This document shows, in pieces, positions 55,151 to 64,000 of a DNA stretch of 64,000 nucleotides; position 1 is the stretch's first letter, and every line of letters begins with the position of its first letter. The position numbers and the translations under genes are program-made. The notes below the pieces were generated by a model. The model made no database searches, was not told the DNA's origin, and was given only the letters and a program-made list of their open reading frames with translations. This stretch comes from Octopus vulgaris (Eukaryota): contig OX597840.1 of NCBI GenBank assembly GCA_951406725.2, forward strand, positions 36,828,001 to 36,892,000, written 5' to 3'.

Positions 55151-55363
55151 CTTGGAAAAAAGCTTTGGGCGTCTTGTTGTAGTCGAGGGCTCTTCGTTGA
55201 CGCCCCACACAACTGGGAGGTGGCCCTCGAAGTCGCTGGTAATGGAGATCTCCAGGTCCAAATCCTTCGACGGATGCTGCTGCTGCTGCCGTATGGTAAT
55301 AATGTATGAGTGCTTTCGTATCCCACTCAGTTTTCTCGTAATCATTTTCAGTGACAGTTTTCG
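55151..55363 (-). CDS. Candidate coding exon of an unidentified host gene (71 codons, phase 0-0): RKLSLKMITRKLSGIRKHSYIITIRQQQQHPSKDLDLEISITSDFEGHLPVVWGVNEEPSTTTRRPKLFSK
   Basis: Acceptor TTCTTGTTAG|CGA, donor AAG|GTCTGG (weak), 213 nt and stop-free. Strong G/C third-position run (GAC CTG GAG ATC TCC ATT ACC AGC GAC TTC GAG GGC CAC CTC) in AT-rich surroundings; no TE motif recognised. Confidence 0.5.
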
Positions 55364-55432
55364 CTAACAAGAATGTAATTCTTCTCTCTCACTTTTTGGA
55401 AACAAAAAATCTCGTTTAATCTCCACGAATTG

Positions 55433-55642
55433 ACAAGCTGGCAGAATGGTTGGCACGTTGGGCAAAATGCTTAACCACATTTCGTTCGTCTTTACGTCCT
55501 GAGTTCGAATTCCACCAAGGTGGACTTTGCCTTTCATCCTTTCGAGGTCGACCAAATTACTTATTGATCACGAGGATCGATGTAATCAACTCACCCCCAC
55601 CTCTCCCGAAATTGTTGGCTTTATGCCAAAATTCGAAATCAA
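55433..55642 (+). mobile_element. MetaSINE-like family B monomer
   Basis: AGCTGGCAGAATGGTTGGCAC...GAGTTCGAATTCC...GGACTTTGCCTTTCATCCTTTCGAGGTCGA. Confidence 0.85.
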
Positions 55643-57089
55643 TACATTTCAATCTTATTTTTATTCAGTCGTTAAACACCATTCAGTGTTGTATAACAAA
55701 GAATTTCATTGGATGCATACAGATGTTTTGCAAACAACTTGCACATACGCAAGTGCCACCAATCGAGAACTCCGCATACCGGAAGCCAGCAAGTGTATGG
55801 GGTCATCAGAGGAGAATGCGCGCCGTTTCGGGGCCTACCTCTGGATGACATCAATGCACATCGGCCCCCATCACTGACACGAGGGCCCACTTGTTAGATC
55901 AATTGTTTATCAAATAAAGCTAGCCATCATACTGAAAAAGAATTGGCAATTAAGCGAATTTTTGCTAATAAATTAATTACACATGTTCGTAACTTTTATT
56001 GTTGTTACTGTGGTTAGCCTCAGCTTATCTCAGACCCATCCTAACTCTTGCTTTAAAAAAATCTCTTTAAGACAGTCCAGTTTTTATCGAGTCCTGTTGT
56101 AATTCTTAAAAACTGCATCTTCCTAGAGTAAAGTGTGATTTGAAAGATCTTTCACTTCTATTTCAAGCTCAGCAAATTCCTCAACGAGGTCTTTGATAAG
56201 TTTGAAAAGACGAGGGAGTTATACGAAGCCACTCCGTTCTTGCTAAGATTGTAGCCTTTAATTTGAGAGATAGATTTCACATCGAATTCCTGGAATATCG
56301 AATAAAGGTTTTCCCTTTTGTTCCAGTAGAGGTCTCCTCGTTCGATTCGTTAATCGTTATTTCGTTGGAACTTGTACATGTTTCTGCACTGTATCGATTT
56401 ATTGGTTATATTTCTGAGGCTGACATTTCAGATAATATCTGGTCTCGTACAATAATTATTAAGACTTCTGTCTTGTGTTTTTAGTTCAGCATTAGCAAAC
56501 TCATTTTGTTTTTAGTTAGTTTTCACAGTGAATTGTTTTCTCTGAAATATCTCGCTAAATACTGACCTCATGCGTGTTTGTTTAAATTCATCTCCTTTCA
56601 TCAGATAATCCGGTTTTCGATTCCCGCTGTTTCTGTTATAAGCTGTTGTTCTATCATTATTGTCAGCTGTTCCTAAATACCCAACATCTTGAAGCCTTTT
56701 CAGTAAAACCTGTTGGCCCTTATGCTGTAATATTAGTTTCGTTATTATTCCTATTGGAAAAGTTCCAGATGAATAACACAATTTAATTCACTGTTCTGTA
56801 TATTAAATCTTTACTAAGCTAAGACATTTTTGTTGATGCCTGTTGCCTTCTAAGAAACGCTGATTTGTTAATGAGGAATTTACTGGGAGCTTAACTTCTA
56901 CTTAATTTGTTCCTTGCGGAATATTCGAGAATGCTTCTGGAACAAATATAAGACCTGATAAAAGTATAAATGTTCCCTTTTAATAATTGTATCTCATAGA
57001 AGTGAATCAAATGAAGCAATGAATCGGAACTTGCTCTGGGATAGAACTCGGGAGTTTTTCATGATAACATTGCGACCAGGTTTATTTAA

Positions 57090-57800
57090 AATTCCCTTAA
57101 AGGCTATGATGAGTGGAAGATTCCTTGGAAAGCAAAAGAGCTGATGTGAAGCTCTTTGGCCCATAAACTTGTTTCATAAGATGGTAAAGCTTCTTGCTGG
57201 CATTTGCATCATCAGCAGCCTGAACATCACAAGCAAGTTCCTTCCACAAAGTGTCCTGCAACTTCCGGAGAGATTGTTGTAGCAGTGATTTTACACTGCT
57301 ATTGTGGGCAAGTGCTAGATTTCGCTACACAGCAGAAAATCCTCTGTGTAGCAGGACATTGTGAGCATGGCACTTTACAGTCAATAATTGCTGAACTTCA
57401 GCATGATTTTCATCAAACCAGCCTCTGTGTCTGGCAGTAACACATTCCAGTGTTTCAGTAGTACATTGAAGAACCTGGTCTCAAAAATATTCCCATGCTG
57501 CAGTATTTTCAATGCTGGACAAGCGAGCTTGAAGCTCTTTCTTCAACACAGCATCATATATCTTGTGGACATTCAGACGCTGAGGAATGCTGACTGGCCC
57601 TCTTCTCCTTTTTACTCTAATCATCATCCGGAGCTTTGCTCGAACCAGACTGTGATCTGCCCAGCATTCCGATTCGTGAAAGGACTTGACATTACAAATG
57701 TCATTGATGTCACTTTGGTCAGCTCCAGGTCGAACATAATCTAGAGAATATTATCATCTGCGTGTCCACACCGAAAACTAGTTTGTGTCCAGTGTAGTTT
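57090..57800 (-). mobile_element. Decayed RTE-clade LINE (end of AP endonuclease plus linker)
   Basis: LDYV...DINDICNVKSFHESECWADHSLVRAKLRM (cf. ECWTDHRLV) and LQQSLRKLQDTLWKELACDVQAADDANASKKLYHLMKQVYGPK (cf. W...A.EIQ..AD...FY..LK.VYGP). Confidence 0.8.
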
Positions 57801-57974
57801 GAGACCCGTCGCATGTGACATGGGAGATATCTGCCTGTAATATCTACAGATCATCTGATCGTGAAGAGGATGTCTCACTGGGTCAATGCTATCGAGTTTC
57901 CCCTGGTAGTGACAAGTATGTTAGAGAAAGATGGAGTAGAAATTCAAGAAGCAGACATTTCTTAGTTTGCTCTC

Positions 57975-58130
57975 AGACTGGCAGGATCATTAGAGCGTCG
58001 AGCGAAATGCTTTGTCGGCTTCACTTGGGCTCCTTGCATTTTGAGTTCAACTCCGAGCGGGGTTCCTCTTTTCTTATCATTCGGGAGTCGATAAACAAAG
58101 CAACATATTGGGGTGATGGGTCATGGGGGT
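57975..58130 (+). mobile_element. Highly degenerate family B SINE
   Basis: CTGGCAGGATCATTAGAGCGTCGAGCGAAATGCTT...GAGTTCAACTCC...GGAGTCGATAAA. Confidence 0.55.
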
Positions 58131-58506
58131 CGCTAGAGCTTCGGACTGGAGGCCTTACGAGATTTATTCCGGACTTTTGCATTCTAAATTCAAATCTACC
58201 CGAGTGGTAGACTTCATATTTCGTGCTATTTAACCGATTACTCCTGCTCCTTTGGTACCTTTTGCGGTGTGCACGCTGTTGTACAGATTCAGACCAGGAG
58301 ATAATCTCCCCTAAACCTCCGAAACTAGGAGGTCTTGAAAGAAATCTATTGGTCCCGTGCTTTTTTCTGACAAATCAATAAAGAAAAGCAATATGGCTAG
58401 AGAATTGATCTCACTGTGGTGGACTTTAAGAGTAAGTCTTCTACCTTCGCCTCGGGTCGACTTAAACAATGACCAAATTTAGAAAAAGACGCATATAATG
58501 ATGATG

Positions 58507-58538
<32 letters not shown>

Positions 58539-59118
58539 CGAGACAGGAAAATTAAGAGTAAAAATAGGAGATAAAACAGAAGTAGAAGATGATGAATAAG
58601 AAGAAAGCTGTGGGAGAAAATTAGCGGTTAAAGAATGAAGGGTGGACAAGAAGCAGAGAGATAAGAAGAGGAGAAAAAAAGTAAGAAGGACAGAAAAGGA
58701 AAATATGAAGAAGAAGAAGAAGAAAATGATAAAAATAAAAGAAATAAAAAAAAGTAGAACGTGACAAAGAATGAAAAGAAATCAGAATGTACAAAAGAAG
58801 CAGGTTTTAGACTTCGATAGTTTCCGAAAAGACTTTTGAGTAAATATTTGGGAAGGCACCCAAGAAGATAATGCTTTGGTTAAATTGACTGGCAAAATTC
58901 CATTGAAAGAAGATGGCAATTACGCCTTTGGATCTGTTCTGAAAATGGTTCCGACAGAGAAAATATATTGCTAGAATTCGGTGCGACCAATTAACAGGAA
59001 GCACCTTCTGTTTTGTTGTTGGCATTTTTGCCGAAATGACACACGGAATCATCCTCAGGCATTCAATGCTACGCACGCACATACATACATACATGTCTAT
59101 ATATATAGGAATACTATA

Positions 59119-59161
<43 letters not shown>

Positions 59162-59328
59162 TAGATAGATAGATGTGTGGGTGTAAATTTATAAATATAC
59201 GTGTGCGTGCGTACAATGCTTATATATATAATGTATACATTCATATAGGTTTATAAATATATATATATATATATATATACACCCACCCACACAACATATA
59301 TATATATATATATATTGAGATATACATG

Positions 59329-59366
<38 letters not shown>

Positions 59367-59548
59367 CATATATGTATATATATTTATACATACATGCATA
59401 CATATATATACATGCAAGCATATATGCATATATATACATGCAAATATGTATGTGTATATATATATATATGTGCATATATGTATATATATTTATACATACA
59501 TGCATATATGCATATATATATATATATATATATATACATGCAAATATG

Positions 59549-59591
<43 letters not shown>

Positions 59592-60014
59592 AGATGCATT
59601 TATACATAAATGTACAAATATACGAAAGTATGTGTATATATATATATTTACATATATATATGTATGTATACATATTTGCAGACACACACACACACACTAA
59701 CACACCTTACACAGAGACACAGAGACATATATACACACGCATATAGAGGCAGCTGTAAGAGTATTTAGTGTTGAATGAGAAATGAAGAAAGTAAGATGTA
59801 GCAAGAGAGAAAGAGAGAGAGGGGGAGGGAGATGGAGAAAGAGAGAGTGAGAAAAGCAGAGGGGAAGGCAACTGAGATTTAGAAAGAAAATTTAGCATAA
59901 TAAAAGCAGATGCATATATAGAGAAGGTTAATACAAAATGGCAGGGACAGATGGAGTCAGGGAATGAGAATATGTATATGTGTGCACGTACGTATATACG
60001 TATTATACATACAT

Positions 60015-60047
<33 letters not shown>

Positions 60048-60237
60048 CATTTATATATATATATATAAATATACACACACACGTGTGTGTGTGTGTGTGT
60101 GTGTGTGTTTTGTGTGTTCGTGTGAGATAGTTCTTCATGCCACCATTCAAGTTTGTCGGTTGAGCTCATCAGAATTAGGGCGAAGTTTGATTATTGTTAA
60201 CGCACTCTGTTGCTTCTGTTAAATATTTATTAAAATA

Positions 60238-60273
<36 letters not shown>

Positions 60274-61577
60274 TATATTAAATTAGAGATAAAACCACTA
60301 TTAGGCAAATCAAACAATGAAAAACTTAAGCCAATACATAAAATTAATTAATTTATATTATTTTAAATATATATCAAAAGTATTAAAAGTTTAATAAAAG
60401 ATAATGAGTAAAACACATATATATATATATATATATGATCAGCAGAGTAGTTGAGAATACTAATGTCTTACTCGGGACCTAGTTTTTCTTTCCAAATCTC
60501 TTTTTACGTTGGAACAAAATTCAACCTTCACGAGTAAATTGTGTGTATTACCATCTATTTCGAGCAATACTCTTTACGTTACATATTAAATTGCTTTTCG
60601 TTCAGTCTCCATTGCCAAACGTACTTTATGTATAGCCTACCATAATATCATAGATTCGACAACCTCGCTGACTAGACTACAATTACACGGAACCCGAGAC
60701 ATCACGGTCAGAGAAATAATGCTTAAATAAGCAATTTGTGCATGAATGTTTTTCCATGTCTTTTGAAAAGCAATTCTGAATGCGCAGCAAATCATTCTAA
60801 ATTGTATAAGGAAACTTATACAACTCGATACTGAGTATTGCATCTGCGCTGCAGAATTATATTTTATGTGTTGAATGTTTTCCAAGAGAAACGAGAAGAC
60901 CTGGCAGCCTATTCACACGGCTGACGAGTGTATATTTGCACGAAACTTGAGATCTCATGGTTCGAGAAATATTTATCAATATTTCCACATCTGCGTTTGT
61001 ATTTGTGTACTGAAATGTATATCGTAAATGAGAATCAAATCTCTCTCCCTCTCTCTGTCTCTCGGTCTGTCTCTCTGTGTCTCTGTATCTTTCTCTCTGT
61101 CTCTCCCTCTGTGTGTGTGTGTATGTGTCTCTCTCTTTCAGTCTCTCTGTAAATCATTCAGATATATTCCACTTTAGAATATCAGAATATTGTTTCAGAA
61201 GAAAAATATACGATAGGAACACAGCAGCAGAGGAAGAGGAAGGAGGGTGAGGGAGGGAGAAGAAAAAAAGGAGGAGAAGAAGAAGAAGAATAAGAAGATG
61301 TAGAAGGAATAAAAAAATACCCATAAAAATAAAACAAAATGCAAGGAAATTGGTTCTTGCGAAGAAAGGTGAGATTCGATGAAATAGAGAAGGAAAAATG
61401 CATAGTGGTGATGGGGGGGGGGGGTGATGATGATTGGGGGCGGTTCGCGGTGTTAAAAAGATGGAATAGAACGTGGATGTATCCTCGAGCGACGTGGGTT
61501 TTGATGAGATCTCAATTAAGTGTTGACAAATTTGGAACTTGTTCCCAAGATTTAAGGATGAGCAACAACAAAGAAAG

Positions 61578-61613
<36 letters not shown>

Positions 61614-62374
61614 CAACAATGAACAACTCTATGTCACAGAAATGTCTTTAATAATATTTCACAGCCATAGTTCAGAATTAGAATTATATGTTGCTATCTG
61701 CTTCTAATTTATTTTAGACTTCCGACAAGATAAAGAATAAAATTACCTATTTATAATCCCTTTCATGTGATAACAACACCACCATCACAATCACCAATAA
61801 TAATAATAATAATAATGATAATAATAATAACAATAATCATAATAGTGATAGTAATTGTGTCTTTCATGTAGGTCACTTTACTTGTATCGGTATCGTATCT
61901 TAAATGTAGTAAAAATAGGCTTTGGCTCTTTTATTGTTTTCATATAATAACGTGAAATTTTTTGTGTGTGTATGTGGTGGGGAGGGGTGAGTATGTAGGG
62001 GTAAGCGGTGGGTAGGGGGAAATCACAGAGGGGTGGGTGATGAACGGGTGAATGGTGAGAAGATATGTGTGCAGAAGAAAAGATTCAGAGGCAGAGAATA
62101 AAGAAAATACATAATGTCCGATACTGATAGGTTTCATGGTATACATACACACGCACACACATATATACACACACACATATATATATATGTACATACATAC
62201 ACACATACACATATATATACATACACACACGCATATATATATATGCATCAATTCATACACACACATACACGTATATCTGTATGTATGCAAGTAGACATGT
62301 ATGTATGCTTGTGAGTATATATCTATATATCGTTATATAGGTGTGTTTATATATATATGCACATATATACATTC

Positions 62375-62417
<43 letters not shown>

Positions 62418-63557
62418 CTCACACATAGACACACACAAGTACATATATATAACATTCTGAATACATTAACATGTATACATTAATGAGCTTCATAAATCTG
62501 CTGTATTCGTCTCCAGAAAACTTTTCTTACACGGGCACAGCGCTAAAAAGGACGTAAGAGTATCGGTAGCAGACGAAAATCGTCCGGCTTACGTATCAAG
62601 AAAGTGAGAGAGTGAGGTGGGGGTAGGGGTGAGAGAGCAAAGACATGATATTGTTGATAGCAGTAGCAGAGGTAGAAAAATAAATGAATATTATTGTGGA
62701 TGTGACTGTGAAAATACATCGACACACACATATATATATATGCAGAGAGACACAGACAGACATAGTTATAACTTGAGAAGTCGGTGCTCACAAATACCGT
62801 CCGTAAAATAATTGTTAGGAGACGCATTGATATAAATTTCAGCCAACAGCCATTAAACCTACAAAATCTAAGTTAAAGACATTATTTGTTCAGATGAAAA
62901 TTACTTTCACCGTAGTGTTTCTTGATACAAAACACTCTCAAAGTTATTACCCGTATAAAAAAAGAATATATTTCAGAAACAATATCAACAGTTGGCGGCG
63001 AAATATTATGTTAGAATCCGCTCTATACTTTAAATGTTCTTATGTTGCCAGGAAATTCTTAAAAGGTCATGAATAGTAATTTTAACGCAAGACGTAAATA
63101 TGAGATATTTAATAAAAATTGCTCCAACGCGCATTACACTTGTACAATAAACGTAGTCATATTTTGGTATTATCAGATAAATACAACTTTAAGCCCGAAA
63201 ACGGAGTTCTTCGCTAATAGAAACAAATCTGCTCTCCCTTACGGCATACTACTTTGTTTATCGATCAAACGGTACTCTCTAGATGACAATGGAGAAACGA
63301 ATAGATATGTGACATCGATAACGTTAAATATCCATCTCTCTACAATATTTACATGTATATAGATATGCATAGATACATCCATATGTATATATAAATAAGT
63401 ATACACATTCACACACACACACACACATATATAGAAATATATATATATAAATATATATGCAATCTATCTATCTTTCTTCCTATCCATCTATCTATTTTTC
63501 TATCTTCCTATCTATCTCTCTCTCTCTATCTATCAATCTTCCTGTCTATCTATCACC

Positions 63558-63592
<35 letters not shown>

Positions 63593-63931
63593 CTCTCTCT
63601 CCATCTATCTATCTATCTATATGCCTATGCGAGTGTGCATGAGTGCATCTAGTAGTATCTGAGAGTGTATAGGATTAGGCCTTGCTATGGTAACTTTCCT
63701 ACCTCCACCATTAACACTCCCTTCTCACACCTTCACCCCCTACCATGACCAGATGCCTCTTAAAGTACATTCTCATATGTGAGTTAATAAGGCCAAGTGG
63801 CTCGCGTAATGATAACAGCTTAATAATACACCTTTACCTTAGACAAAGCATGAAAAGCCAGTTACTTTACCTACGTTCATTTCCTTTCACATTTAGAGAT
63901 ATAAATACACACACACACACACACATCAACA

Positions 63932-64000
63932 TCTTTTACTCTTTTACTTGTTTCAGTCATTTGACTGCGGCCATGCAGTCGAGCCCGGGACTTATTCTAT
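63932..64000 (-). mobile_element. 3' tail of a family A SINE at the window edge
   Basis: TCTTTTACTCTTTTACTTGTTTCAGTCATTTGACTGCGGCCATGC. Confidence 0.8.

Noticed and set aside
55122-55370. Alternative minus-strand frame with an RQRR furin-like site
   Set aside because: Third-position GC bias and splice phase favour the RKLSLKMITRKLS frame.
55800-55852. Hairpin GTCATCAGAGG/CCTCTGGATGAC with GAAAC and CTGATGA on the minus strand
   Set aside because: The stem II partners (CCCC and CCCC) cannot pair, so it is not a type II hammerhead; possibly an RTE remnant (RGRPR) or chance.

Overview
AT-rich, microsatellite-saturated eukaryotic DNA, largely intronic or intergenic. The SINE families and (TA)n/(CA)n density point to an octopus-type (coleoid cephalopod) genome; this is an inference. 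Almost every ORF in the supplied track is a microsatellite artefact. Identifiable content: (i) four tRNA-derived SINE families in many copies, including MetaSINE-like multimers; (ii) decayed R4/Dong-like and RTE LINEs, Penelope-like (PLE) RT and GIY-YIG remnants, Tc1/mariner pieces and a Chapaev3-like transposase remnant; (iii) one credible minus-strand coding exon (55151-55363) of an unidentified gene. The most interesting signal is a set of short (TA)n-embedded PLE-type terminal repeats. Six carry minimal type I hammerhead-ribozyme-like folds with non-canonical cores (CCGANGA, CUGUNGA). Three loci form asymmetric foldback palindromes, and two of these repeats sit inside the internal (TA)n tract of a SINE. 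Coordinates of decayed elements are approximate and no database searches were run.
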